Under the pieces are notes generated by a model. The model made no database searches, was not told where the DNA came from, and was given only the letters and a program-made list of their open reading frames with translations. Positions 9,852 to 19,584 of a stretch of DNA of 64,000 bases are shown here, one piece after another (positions within the stretch are counted from its first letter, which is position 1; each line of letters begins with the position of its first letter). This stretch comes from Smithella sp. (GTDB lineage Bacteria > Desulfobacterota > Syntrophia > Syntrophales > Smithellaceae). A program made the translations under genes and the position numbers. The stretch is from positions 28,148 through 92,147 of the forward strand of contig JBEKMY010000005.1 of the NCBI GenBank assembly GCA_049523355.1. The letters are read 5' to 3'.

Positions 9852-10826
9852 TTACATTGCTTTTTTCCCTCTTTTAATAAATTTTCCGGCAAAGCGGGCG
9901 ATGCGCCGGTAAAGCGGAAGAGAAGAACTTATTTTTCCGAGAGACTCACGGGCGGCCGCCTCTCCCATTTTGACCAAATCACCGGCCCGGCTGAAATCCA
10001 TCCAGTGGAGATCTCCTACCACAGGGCGGATAATGACGTCAGCTTCCTTGAGTTCAGAAGCTTCCAGCGCATTGGCTGTAATTTCTCCCGCCCGGTATAA
10101 AACATCCTTAGCTGTTTCGATCTCGACAGATGCCGACGGAGCGCGATCGACTATCACAGCAATGACAACGTCGGCTCCGGCCTCACGCGTTGTGCGAATG
10201 GGAACGATACTCGTAATGCCGCCGTCAGCCAGAAGCCAATCTCCATGACGCACAGGAGCTACAGCTCCCGGAACCGAGCAACTCGCCAGCACAGCCTGAC
10301 GAAGGGATCCTTCGGAAAAGACAATTTTTTCACCGGTTATCAGATCAGTGGATACGGCACGAAAAGGAATTTTTGTTTCACGAATATCAATTTCCGGAAG
10401 AAAATAATTAATCAAAGATTGAAAATCATTTAAGGGAAGTATGGATGGCCTGAAAAAGGCTTGAGCAAACCAGTAGCGATTCATGACATATGTTTTCGCC
10501 TTATTAAAGAAACTTTTGTTTTCCTGCGAAAACGCCATGCCGATTGACTTGATGGTTGAAGTGTTAAATTCGGGACTCCGGAGATAGGCTTCAATTTTAT
10601 CCTGAATTTCCCGGGGCGATTGGCCGCTTGCGTAAGCGCCGCCTATCAACGCTCCGGCGCTTGTTCCCACAATCAGGTCAATATCAATACCTTCCTCTTC
10701 CAGAACATTGAGGACACCAATATGGGAAAAGCCGCGGACACCGCCGCCGCCGAGGGCGAGACCAACTTTTTCCCCTGTCCATTTCATAATATGCCTGCTA
10801 TCATTTATATGACTAACGCTGATCAA
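9852..10826 (-). CDS. Patatin-like phospholipase (RssA-like)
   Basis: Patatin motifs are GGGGVRGFSHIGV (oxyanion hole), GTSAGA (nucleophile Ser) and ADGG (Asp dyad). The true start may be the internal MKWTGEK near 10787. Confidence 0.85.
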   Translation of the reverse strand: MISVSHINDSRHIMKWTGEKVGLALGGGGVRGFSHIGVLNVLEEEGIDIDLIVGTSAGALIGGAYASGQSPREIQDKIEAYLRSPEFNTSTIKSIGMAFSQENKSFFNKAKTYVMNRYWFAQAFFRPSILPLNDFQSLINYFLPEIDIRETKIPFRAVSTDLITGEKIVFSEGSLRQAVLASCSVPGAVAPVRHGDWLLADGGITSIVPIRTTREAGADVVIAVIVDRAPSASVEIETAKDVLYRAGEITANALEASELKEADVIIRPVVGDLHWMDFSRAGDLVKMGEAAARESLGKISSSLPLYRRIARFAGKFIKRGKKAM

Positions 10827-11024
10827 TCCGGATTCGCATTTATTATGACTTTACTTTCATTCCGGCATGACTTTTATTTTTGTTCCGGCCGCGGGGAGAA
10901 ATCCTCTTTCACTGATAAGCGCAAATCCAAATTTATTGCAACTTTTTTTAACGCCACCTCCGCGTGTCAATCCAAACCAGCCGCCGACGGTTGAGAAATC
11001 TCAAGATTTTTACAGGCTCCTTCC

Positions 11025-11375
11025 TCAAGCCTCCGGTTTCAGACGCAGTTTTTCCAGCATTTTGCCCGCGTGAGGGGCAATGGAATGAAAAGCTTTTAAT
11101 TGATCGCAGGCGTAATTTGCGCACGCGGCACAGGTACTCACTTTTTTATCCATGCCGCAGGCTCTGATGCCGCAGACGCGGCAGTGACCGATGAGTCGCC
11201 CGTTTGTCGGGAGACATCCATCGCAATTGGCATCCTGAGGCTTCATGTCTATACCGTACTGTTTTGACCAGAGTTTTGCAACATCTTCCCTGGCATTATC
11301 ATCATCGGCCTGTGTGGCAAGATAGACCGGACATTTTGAACAAATAATTCCGCAGTAAGCTATCATTGTTTCCAT
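11025..11375 (-). CDS. Cys-rich DUF3795-like metal-binding protein
   Basis: The N-terminal CGIICSKCPVY and several further CxxC/CxC pairs match the pattern I associate with DUF3795. Confidence 0.6.
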   Translation of the reverse strand: METMIAYCGIICSKCPVYLATQADDDNAREDVAKLWSKQYGIDMKPQDANCDGCLPTNGRLIGHCRVCGIRACGMDKKVSTCAACANYACDQLKAFHSIAPHAGKMLEKLRLKPEA

Positions 11376-11460
11376 CAGAATTTCCTTCCCCTATTTTTAT
11401 CACATCTAAAGAATACAAAATTGCTGCCGGGTAAAACATCCGTAGCCATTACCGGTAAAA

Positions 11461-12186
11461 TTATCCCATAATGCCCTCTTCGGCAAAACTGTAAAAAGCA
11501 TCATCACCTATAATGATGTGGTCCAGCACCTTGATATCCATGAGTTTGCACGCAGCGGTAAGTTCTTGCGTAAATTTTTTATCCTCGTGGCTGGGCGATA
11601 TATTCGCGCTGGGATGATTGTGAACGCAGATAATCGCCGCCGCGAATTTTTGCAACGCTGAATGAACGATTTCCCGCACAATCGGCATGGCATGGTTGAC
11701 CGTGCCCGTAGCCGCTTCGCTGATCTCAATTATTTTATTGTTGCTGTTGAGACAGATAACTTTAAAAACTTCCGTCTTGAGATCGCGCATTTGCGGCATG
11801 ATGATATTGACGATATCCCGGGCGGAAATAATCTTTGGCTTGCTTACGAGAATTTCAACTTCACGAAAGCGCCGCCCGATTTCGAGAGCGGCGTGAATTT
11901 GCGCGATTTTAGCCGGTCCCAATCCCTTAAATTCTTTCCATTCGCGCGTATCGGTATGGTTCATATTGCGGAAGGTGCCAAACTTATCAATAATCCGGCG
12001 CGCCAGATCAATGGCGCTTGCGCCCCTCACTCCGGTGCGCAAAAGGATTGCCAGAAGCTCCGAATTGCTCAACGCTCCCGCTCCTTTCTTAAGAAGCTTT
12101 TCCCTGGGGCGGTCGTCAGCGGGCCAGGATTTTATTCCGGATTTTTTATTTTCTTCGGTCACCATAACGTCATTCCCTTCGATCAC
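11461..12186 (-). CDS. radC: RadC-family JAB/MPN domain protein (UPF0758)
   Basis: DRPREKLLKKGAGALSNSELLAILLRTG is the HhH N-domain, and HNHPS...PS..D is the JAMM-like motif. Confidence 0.9.
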   Translation of the reverse strand: MIEGNDVMVTEENKKSGIKSWPADDRPREKLLKKGAGALSNSELLAILLRTGVRGASAIDLARRIIDKFGTFRNMNHTDTREWKEFKGLGPAKIAQIHAALEIGRRFREVEILVSKPKIISARDIVNIIMPQMRDLKTEVFKVICLNSNNKIIEISEAATGTVNHAMPIVREIVHSALQKFAAAIICVHNHPSANISPSHEDKKFTQELTAACKLMDIKVLDHIIIGDDAFYSFAEEGIMG

Positions 12187-12457
12187 TAATTTGCCGGAAT
12201 CCCGCCTTTGAAACTGTTTTTAAGGAATGACGAAAGCAACAGATCATCCGCCGAAAATTCTTTCTGCCAATGGAGTAAACCGGCAAGACTTTATTTCCCG
12301 GCTAAATGGCTGTCTGGGATCGGAAACCGGGCAGTCTTTCATTACTTATTTCTGCACATGGCGCCAACTTGGTCTGGGGATGTCTTTGCGCTAATGATTG
12401 TCATCTGAACCTGTATGGAAAATCGCAGATGCTGCGCTTCCATAATTTTTATGCTCC

Positions 12458-14923
12458 TTATGCGGTCATTTCCTTTTTCTTAATTGTTTTGTCAATATGA
12501 ACTAATTTTTTCTTTTTCATCAAAGTAACAGGATTACTCTTTTTTAACGGTGATTTGACTGATTTTTTCTTCTTGATCGGCTCCAGGGCCAACCTTACCA
12601 CATCCATCATATCCGTAAGGAATTTAAACGAAATGCTTTTTTGCACATTTGCCGGGAGATCATCAATATCCTTCCGGTTCCATGCGGGCAGCAGAATGGT
12701 TGTGATTCCCGCCCGGTAAGCCGCCAGGACTTTTTCCTTGATGCCGCCAACCGGAAGCACAGCGCCGCGCAGTGTGATTTCTCCGGTCATAGCCAGATGC
12801 TTTTTAACCTTGCGGTTGGTCAGAAGCGACACAAGCGCCGTTAACATCGTGACCCCGGCCGACGGACCATCCTTGGGAATCGCGCCCGCCGGTATATGGA
12901 TGTGAATATCCAGTTCGTCAAAGAATTCCGGTTTCACGCCAAGGTCTCTGGCATTGGTGCGGATGAAACTCAATGCCGCAGACGCCGACTCTTTCATGAC
13001 ATCGCCCAGTTGTCCGGTGAGCGTGAGCCCTTTCCTGCCCTTCATGGCTGTGGCTTCAATAAAAAGCATATCGCCGCCAACCGGCGTCCAGGCCAGGCCG
13101 ATGGCAATGCCGGGTTTGGTAATGCGCGCGTCAATATCGGTCAGAACGCGCTCCGTCCCCAGGTACCTGTGAATATCCTTATCCGTCAGCGTTTTGGATT
13201 TTATGGTATTCTCGGCAATCTGAGCCGCCACGCCGCGGCATGCGTTGGCAATTTCTCTCTCCAAATTGCGCACGCCCGCTTCGCGCGTGTAACCGGCGAT
13301 AATTTTATTGAGCGCTTTGGCGGTCAATTTAAACTGCTCGGCAGTCAGTCCGTTTTCCGTCAATTGCCTCGGGATTAAATACCGTTCGGCAATTTTAACT
13401 TTTTCTTCCTGTGTGTAACCGGTCAACTCAATAACTTCCAGTCTGTCGAGCAGCGCGGGAGGAATGGAATCTGTTATATTGGCCGTAGTGATAAACATGA
13501 CATTGGAAAGATCAAACGGCACATCCAGATAATGATCGGAAAATGTATTATTCTGTTGAGGGTCTAAAACCTCCAGCAGAGCCGATGAGGGATCGCCGCG
13601 AAAATCGCTGCCGACCTTATCTATTTCATCAAGCATGAACACGGGATTGTTCGATTCCGCGCGCCGCAGACTCTGAATAATCCGTCCTGGCAAAGCGCCG
13701 ATGTATGTTCGGCGATGACCGCGAATTTCGGCTTCATCGCGCACACCGCCCAGTGATATGCGCGCAAATTTGCGTCCAAGGGCGCGGGCTATGGAATGCC
13801 CAAGCGATGTTTTTCCCGTGCCCGGAGGTCCCACAAAGCAGAGAATCGGACCCTTGGAATCCGGTTTGAGTTTGCGCACGGATAGATATTCTATAATGCG
13901 TTTCTTTGGTTTGTTCAGACCATAATGATCTTCATCCAGAATCTCGCGCGCTTTGGCGATATCCAGATTATCCATGGTGGATTCATGCCAGGGGAGCGCC
14001 GTCATCCAATCCAGATAAGTTGAAGCGACCGTGTATTCCGCCGAAGAGGGACTCATAAGGGACAAACGCTGCAGTTCTCTTAATGCTTCTTTTTTGGCTT
14101 CTTCGGGCAGATTTTTCTCCTCGATTTTTTTCCGGTATTCTTCTGTCTCCACTACGTTTTCTTCAGTTTCGCCCAGTTCCTGCCTGATGGCTTTCATTTG
14201 CTGGCGCAAATAATAATCACGCTGGCTTTTATCAATATCATCCTTCACTTTGCTCTCTATTTTGTTGCCAAGTTCCAGAACATCCATCTGGTGATTGACC
14301 AGATGGGTCAGCTCTTTAAGGCGCTCTTTCACATCGGCAATATCGAGCACTTTTTGTTTTTCTTCCAATGGAGCGTTGATAATTGAAGCGATCAAATCGG
14401 CCAGAGTGCCGGCTTCGGCGACGGATTTGGCCATAGGGCCGAACTCCGGCGGCAAAAAAGGCGAGAGTTTTAATATGCGGTCAAACAACGACAGCAGGTT
14501 GGACATCAACGCTTCCGTTTCCAGATCCTTGACGTCATGCTCCTCAATCAATTTAATGCGCGCCTGCTGATAAGGTTTGCCTTCGATAATTTCTTCTATC
14601 GAAAAACGGCTGACGCCCTGTAAAAGCATCTGCGTGTGGTTTTCCGCGGTTTTAGCCATCTTCATAATCACAGCGCAGGTACCCACCTGATGCAGATCAT
14701 CTTTCGTATACTGTTTCGGTTTGTCCGGTTCTCTTTTAGACATGATCAGACCAACCAGACGGTCTCCTGTCATTGCTTCATCCACCAGCATTGAGGCGGT
14801 GCCTGTAACCTCAAGCGGAATCATGGTTTTGGGAAACACGATCACATTATGTAATGGAAGAATGGGAATCACTTCCGGTATATTATAAGTATTTTTATTT
14901 TCTGGGACGCCTTGTTCCGTCAT
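12458..14923 (-). CDS. lon: ATP-dependent Lon protease (LonA) with a Lys-rich C-terminal tail
   Basis: The LON N-domain starts [13 protein letters not shown]. Walker A is GPPGTGKTS, and the protease Ser motif is [11 protein letters not shown]. Length is 821 aa. Confidence 0.95.
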   Translation of the reverse strand: MTEQGVPENKNTYNIPEVIPILPLHNVIVFPKTMIPLEVTGTASMLVDEAMTGDRLVGLIMSKREPDKPKQYTKDDLHQVGTCAVIMKMAKTAENHTQMLLQGVSRFSIEEIIEGKPYQQARIKLIEEHDVKDLETEALMSNLLSLFDRILKLSPFLPPEFGPMAKSVAEAGTLADLIASIINAPLEEKQKVLDIADVKERLKELTHLVNHQMDVLELGNKIESKVKDDIDKSQRDYYLRQQMKAIRQELGETEENVVETEEYRKKIEEKNLPEEAKKEALRELQRLSLMSPSSAEYTVASTYLDWMTALPWHESTMDNLDIAKAREILDEDHYGLNKPKKRIIEYLSVRKLKPDSKGPILCFVGPPGTGKTSLGHSIARALGRKFARISLGGVRDEAEIRGHRRTYIGALPGRIIQSLRRAESNNPVFMLDEIDKVGSDFRGDPSSALLEVLDPQQNNTFSDHYLDVPFDLSNVMFITTANITDSIPPALLDRLEVIELTGYTQEEKVKIAERYLIPRQLTENGLTAEQFKLTAKALNKIIAGYTREAGVRNLEREIANACRGVAAQIAENTIKSKTLTDKDIHRYLGTERVLTDIDARITKPGIAIGLAWTPVGGDMLFIEATAMKGRKGLTLTGQLGDVMKESASAALSFIRTNARDLGVKPEFFDELDIHIHIPAGAIPKDGPSAGVTMLTALVSLLTNRKVKKHLAMTGEITLRGAVLPVGGIKEKVLAAYRAGITTILLPAWNRKDIDDLPANVQKSISFKFLTDMMDVVRLALEPIKKKKSVKSPLKKSNPVTLMKKKKLVHIDKTIKKKEMTA

Positions 14924-14969
14924 GATTACCTCCGGGTATAGTCGTTAGGAATGAATCTACCGCAATTCG

Positions 14970-15410
14970 CTACTTTTTTGAACCGATTGAGACGCGATGC
15001 GATAAGCTGGCCGGCAGCTTATTCATCCTCACCATTAATATGCCGTCGGCGTAAGAAGCCACCGCTGACTTTGCGTCCACAGGCGCGGGCAAAACAACGT
15101 TCCTCTCGAAATGTCCGTGAAGAATTTCCGCCTGACAGTAACGCGCGTTATGTAAAAGATGAATCGCTTTACGAATACCGGCGATTCTAATTTGTTTTCT
15201 GTCCACCTCGATATGCAAATCATCTTTGTTGAGTCCCGCCATATCAGCCAACACAATAACTTCATCGACCGATTCATAAACATCAACATTGGGACGCCAG
15301 ATGCATTTGTAATTCTTGAAGGCCGGCCGCACCAAATGAAAAATCTCATCCGCAACTTTCTGAAATTCATCCTCAAAATTACTGCTGAAATTAATTTTTA
15401 TGTAAGTCAT
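14970..15410 (-). CDS. Small heat-shock protein, Hsp20/alpha-crystallin family
   Basis: The alpha-crystallin core is DVYESVDEVIVLADMAGLNKDDLHIEVDRKQIRIAG...F.R...LP..VD......A.Y.DGIL. The gene sits immediately upstream of lon on the same strand. Confidence 0.85.
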   Translation of the reverse strand: MTYIKINFSSNFEDEFQKVADEIFHLVRPAFKNYKCIWRPNVDVYESVDEVIVLADMAGLNKDDLHIEVDRKQIRIAGIRKAIHLLHNARYCQAEILHGHFERNVVLPAPVDAKSAVASYADGILMVRMNKLPASLSHRVSIGSKK

Positions 15411-15447
15411 TTCCCACGCCTCTTGAATCAGTTCTTATGTTCATTTG

Positions 15448-15476
15448 ATTATAATAACTCTATGACGACTTGTAAA
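15448..15476 (-). promoter_or_regulatory. Candidate sigma70 promoter for hsp20-lon: TTTACA-17 nt-TATAAT on the minus strand
   Basis: The reverse complement reads TTTACAagtcgtcatagagttatTATAAT, about 40 nt upstream of the hsp20 start codon. Confidence 0.45.
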
Positions 15477-15577
15477 TACCTCTTTGGAAAATATTTATAT
15501 TTTGAATAAATTCTATATTTGAACTGAATCTATCACAAATAATCCGTATGAACATCTCATTTCTGAATAATTACAGT

Positions 15578-15874
15578 TCATGAAAGTAATTTATTCAACG
15601 AAACGCCGCTGCGGATATTTTTGAAAATAACCACGTCAGGTGAATTTACATGACTTCTTTTAAGCCACGCGGTTATCGGAGGAACAACCTCATCTACGTT
15701 ATTGGTCATAACCAGATGTTGTGTGTTTTTTAACAACAGGTATTTCTTTTTGCCTGTCAGACGGTTGAAAATATTCTCAACCATGCTTGAGGAAATATAA
15801 ATCTTTTTCGGCGTGAATAAGCATAATAGCACCGTAGCTTCATCGGAACATGCATTGGCTGAATTTGTCTTCAT
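15578..15874 (-). other. Short ORF resembling only the C-terminal ~70 aa of an alpha/beta hydrolase; possible gene remnant
   Basis: ...LFTPKKIYISSSMVENIFNRLTGKKKYLLLKNTQHLVMTNNVDEVVPPITAWLK resembles the P.L.I.G..D....../..GH....E.P..v...i..fl end of alpha/beta hydrolases. The nucleophile-containing N-terminal two-thirds is missing. Confidence 0.3.
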
Positions 15875-16170
15875 TTTTCAATTAGCATTAAATCATAGAA
15901 TGAAGATAGCCGCCTTCTATTTTTGACAGGAATTTCTTTATTTGTGATGGATATACAAAGAAGTGTGCTGCATGTCAATAAAATATCAATTATATAATAT
16001 TACAGCAGATTTAATTAATTACAGCCATTTGAATTATATTTATGTTTTTATTGAACTTTACTAAGAATTGTTTTAGACTCCCGGTCAAATATTGTGATCC
16101 GGTATATTTTCTATAATAACCCGCCCGAAATTACTTTTCAGCGCGAATATAATAGAAGGAGTCTTTTTTT

Positions 16171-17976
16171 ATGCACACATTTACATTGGACAAGCCTGAT
16201 AATCTGGTTGATTGGTGGGCTCAAAGCGTAAACAAGTTTGCCGAGAGAAAACTCTTCGGCACGAAAAACAAACACGGTGTCTACGAATGGGTGACCTATA
16301 AAGAAATCGGCAGCCGCATTGATAATCTGCGTGCCGGACTTACCCAACTGGGGATCGGCAAAGAAAATGTTGTCGGCATAATCGCGAATAACCGTCTTGA
16401 GTGGCCTATTGTGAGTTTTGCCACATGGGGATGCCTTGCCCGTTTCGTCCCCATGTACGAAGCGGAACTGGTCCAAGTATGGAAATACATCATTGCCGAT
16501 AGCGGGATAAAAGTCCTCTTCGTTTCAAAACCGGAAATATATGAAAAAATAAAAGATTTCCCGAAAGATATTCCCACGCTTAAACACATTATTATCATCG
16601 AATCCGAGACCGAGGCCGAGAATTCGATGGCCGCACTCGAAAAGAAAGGATCGGCCAAACCCGTTGCATGGCAGAGTCCGGCTGCCGAAGATGTGGCCGA
16701 ACTTATCTATACATCGGGAACAACCGGCAATCCCAAAGGCGTTTTATTGATGCATATGAACTTTACCAGCAATTCACATGCCGGTCTCAAACTGTATCCG
16801 GAACTTTATGAAAATGAAGTCGTTTCTCTGACTATTCTGCCCTGGGCTCATACTTTTGGACAAACTGCCGAGTTGTTCGCCATTATCCGTCTGGGCGGCG
16901 CGATGGGCATGATTGAAAGTACCAAAACAATTGTCAATGACATCGTTGAGATCAAACCAACCTTTATCGTTGCCGTCCCTACAGTCTTCAACCGTATTTA
17001 CGACGGCCTGTGGAATAAAATGAATAAGGAGGGAGGGGTGGCCAAAGCTCTTTTTGTAATGGGCGTCGAAGCGGCCAAGAAGAAACGCGAACTCGCGGAA
17101 AAAGGCCGGTCCGATTTTATGACCAATATCAAATTCAAGGTCGCGGATAAAATTGTCTTCAAGAAGATCAGAGAACGTCTGGGCGGCAGAATGCTGGGTT
17201 CCATGACCGGCAGCGCGGCAATGAATGTTGAAATATCCAAATTCTTCTTCGATATCGGCATTCCCATTTATGACTGTTACGGGCTCACAGAAACATCGCC
17301 GGGTATCACAATGAATAGCTCCCAGGCCTATCGGATAGGCAGCGTCGGCAGGGCAATTGAAAAAGTCAAGGTCGTCATTGATAATTCCGTGGTTGAGGAA
17401 GGAGCAACAGACGGCGAGATCATTGCTTACGGACCAAACGTCATGAAAGGATATCACAACAGGCCGGATGATACCAAAGCCGCCCTTACACCGGATGGAG
17501 GTTTCCGCACCGGAGACCGCGGACGACTGGATAAAGACGGATACCTTTTCATTACCGGCCGCATTAAAGAACAGTATAAACTGGAAAATGGCAAATTCTG
17601 CTTCCCTGTTTCACTGGAAGAAAATATTTGTCTGAGTTCTTTTGTTCAGCAGGCTTTAGTTTACGGAACCGGCCGGCCATACAATATCTGCATCATCGTT
17701 CCGGATTTTGATGTTCTGCTGGACTACGTCAAAGAAAAAGGACTGCCGACGGATACCAAAACGCTGGTTGCGCGCCAGGATATTATCGATATGATCGGTG
17801 AATCCGTTACCAGGCAACTAAAGGGTAAATTCGGCGGTTACGAAATTCCGAAAAAGTTCCTGCTTCTTTCTGAACCGTTCAGTCTGGATAACGGCATGTT
17901 GACACAGACGATGAAACTCAAACGTAAGGTTGTTCTGGACAAATTAAATGATCGGATTGAAGCGCTTTATAAATAA
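16171..17976 (+). CDS. Long-chain acyl-CoA ligase (AMP-forming, FadD-like)
   Basis: The AMP-binding signature is IYTSGTTGNPKGV, with further motifs YGLTETS, TGD.G..D.DGY..I.GR.K and a C-terminal LTQTMKLKR. Confidence 0.9.
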   Translation: MHTFTLDKPDNLVDWWAQSVNKFAERKLFGTKNKHGVYEWVTYKEIGSRIDNLRAGLTQLGIGKENVVGIIANNRLEWPIVSFATWGCLARFVPMYEAELVQVWKYIIADSGIKVLFVSKPEIYEKIKDFPKDIPTLKHIIIIESETEAENSMAALEKKGSAKPVAWQSPAAEDVAELIYTSGTTGNPKGVLLMHMNFTSNSHAGLKLYPELYENEVVSLTILPWAHTFGQTAELFAIIRLGGAMGMIESTKTIVNDIVEIKPTFIVAVPTVFNRIYDGLWNKMNKEGGVAKALFVMGVEAAKKKRELAEKGRSDFMTNIKFKVADKIVFKKIRERLGGRMLGSMTGSAAMNVEISKFFFDIGIPIYDCYGLTETSPGITMNSSQAYRIGSVGRAIEKVKVVIDNSVVEEGATDGEIIAYGPNVMKGYHNRPDDTKAALTPDGGFRTGDRGRLDKDGYLFITGRIKEQYKLENGKFCFPVSLEENICLSSFVQQALVYGTGRPYNICIIVPDFDVLLDYVKEKGLPTDTKTLVARQDIIDMIGESVTRQLKGKFGGYEIPKKFLLLSEPFSLDNGMLTQTMKLKRKVVLDKLNDRIEALYK

Positions 17977-17996
17977 TATTTTACAGGCTTGAAAAT

Positions 17997-18038
17997 AAAT
18001 TCCCCTGTTTGACCGAGCCGGCTCTAACAGGGGAATTT
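17997..18038. terminator. Bidirectional stem-loop between the convergent acyl-CoA ligase and MBL genes
   Basis: AAATTCCCCTGT (17997-18008) pairs with ACAGGGGAATTT (18027-18038), a 12-bp perfect stem. An inner GAGCCGGCTC palindrome sits in the loop, and the flanks are A/T-rich. Confidence 0.6.
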
Positions 18039-18859
18039 CAGTCTATCCGGTCAGGCCGCATCCCGTAAAAAATACTGTCAATCGTATTCTGCTTGGAATA
18101 ATGGCCTCCCGTGACCAGGTTCCATGCGTCTTCTTTTCCCAGAATTTTTTTCCTGATTTTTTCAGGCGGCAGGCCTTTTTCACGCAAATTTATAACACGA
18201 TCACGCAGCTTTTCCATTTTTGAAATTTTTTTCAACAGGGCTTCCCTGCCGTTTTCCACCGCGCCTTTAAGATTGCAGAACACTGTTTTAATGTCCAGTT
18301 GAGACAATGTCTTTAGCGTCTCCAAAATCTGCATATAATTTTCGTCCTGCCTCAGATATATAAAATTCGTTCCGCAAAAAAGATCTCCGGTAAAAAGCCA
18401 TTTTTTATCAGGCTCATATAAGCATATGTGATCTTCGGTATGTCCAGGTGTTTGGATGATTTTAAAATGATAATTACCGGCATCGATACCCTCGCCGATA
18501 GCCGTCCCTTTCGATTTTTTGGGCCAATTCCAGACGATTCGCTGATACAGGCGTAACTTATTCAGGCGCGGATTTTCCAGATATGGAAGCGCCGCCAAAT
18601 GGGCGTATATTGGTATTCCAAACAGATCCTGAATATCTCTGTTGTTGCCAATGTGGTCCTCGTGGTGATGGGTGTTGACAATCTTCGCTATGGTTCTTCC
18701 CTTTAACGCGGACAAAAACTGTTTACCCACTCGATTGGTACCGGTGTCAATAAGCGTGTCGCCAACTAAAAACGCTTGAACCGGATATAAAAGGAATCCC
18801 ATGGGAGATCGTCCCATGTAAAAAAGAGTTACCGAGTCATTCTCCGAGATTTTCAGCAC
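18038..18859 (-). CDS. Metallo-beta-lactamase-fold hydrolase
   Basis: The HxHxDH motif is NTHHHEDHIGN, with a downstream TPGHTEDH. The gene lies downstream of, and on the same strand as, the Fur-family gene. Confidence 0.85.
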   Translation of the reverse strand: MLKISENDSVTLFYMGRSPMGFLLYPVQAFLVGDTLIDTGTNRVGKQFLSALKGRTIAKIVNTHHHEDHIGNNRDIQDLFGIPIYAHLAALPYLENPRLNKLRLYQRIVWNWPKKSKGTAIGEGIDAGNYHFKIIQTPGHTEDHICLYEPDKKWLFTGDLFCGTNFIYLRQDENYMQILETLKTLSQLDIKTVFCNLKGAVENGREALLKKISKMEKLRDRVINLREKGLPPEKIRKKILGKEDAWNLVTGGHYSKQNTIDSIFYGMRPDRID

Positions 18860-18941
18860 TTAATCTTATTCGTAGTATTACTTTTTCTATATGTTATTTT
18901 AACATATTACGATGATTCAATTTCATCACTTCTTCTCTTAT

Positions 18942-19376
18942 TCAAAATCCTATGGTGCGAACAGCTTCGCAATTTTTACATACCCCTTTAAGATTGATAT
19001 TAACTGTATCAACACGATGCCCTTCCACGTTCTTTTTGATTTGCAGATTATCTACCGAAATGGACGCATCATAAACAATATCGTAAACATTACCGCAGAC
19101 CCGGCAATGGAAATGATCATGAGAATTCATGCAAATATCGAACCTCATCTTATTCGGGTCTATATCCAACTCCTTTAGCATTCCCGCTTCCACAAATTTT
19201 GATAAGTTATTGTAGACAGTCGTAAGAGAAATAGCCGGATATTCTTTTAATAATTCATTATGAACTTCTTCTGCGGTGGGATGAGTCTGTTTTTTTCTCA
19301 GAAGTTTTAAAATAGCGAGGCGCTGCGGTGTTACTTTTAAGCCATTATTCAAAATATCCATTTGTAATTTATTCAC
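18942..19376 (-). CDS. Fur-family metalloregulator (Fur/PerR/Zur-type)
   Basis: TPQRLAILKLL....HPTAEEV is the winged helix. The metal sites are HDHFHCRVCGNVYD and a C-terminal CKNCE. A GTG start is preceded by AAGGGA. Confidence 0.85.
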   Translation of the reverse strand: MNKLQMDILNNGLKVTPQRLAILKLLRKKQTHPTAEEVHNELLKEYPAISLTTVYNNLSKFVEAGMLKELDIDPNKMRFDICMNSHDHFHCRVCGNVYDIVYDASISVDNLQIKKNVEGHRVDTVNINLKGVCKNCEAVRTIGF

Positions 19377-19388
19377 AATGATCCCTTT

Positions 19389-19419
19389 CTACAAGGTAAT
19401 AATAATTATTACTTTGTAG
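19389..19419. promoter_or_regulatory. 31-bp near-perfect palindrome with a Fur-family 7-1-7-like core, overlapping the predicted transcription start of the Fur-family gene
   Basis: CTACAAGGTAATAATAATTATTACTTTGTAG pairs 14 of 15 arm positions. The core TAATAATaATTATTA differs by one base per half-site from the B. subtilis PerR (TTATAATnATTATAA) and Fur (TGATAATnATTATCA) boxes. Confidence 0.55.
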
Positions 19420-19422
19420 AAA

Positions 19423-19439
19423 AAGCAAAATACAGGCCA
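19423..19439 (-). promoter_or_regulatory. Sigma54 (-24/-12) promoter candidate upstream of the Fur-family gene
   Basis: The reverse complement is TGGCCTGTATTTTGCTT, against the consensus TGGCACG-N4-TTGCW. GG and GC are at the correct 10-nt spacing, about 50 nt upstream of the GTG start. Confidence 0.6.
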
Positions 19440-19521
19440 AAAATACGCCATTCGATAGATATATATATCATTATGATATGATTATATATTTACTGATGGT
19501 ATTGCCTGATGATCGTTTTAA

Positions 19522-19560
19522 AATACTACCATATACAGTAAATCTACGATATATAGTGGA
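19522..19560. promoter_or_regulatory. Candidate upstream activator sequence (two ~14-nt repeats) ~85-120 bp upstream of the sigma54 promoter
   Basis: AATACTACCATATACAGTAAATCTACGATATATAGTGGA matches 34327-34365 at 33 of 39 positions, at the same distance from the second sigma54 promoter. It contains ACTrTATATsGTAG twice when read on the minus strand. Confidence 0.4.
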
Positions 19561-19584
19561 ATTTCATGGAATTGGTTTATTTGA

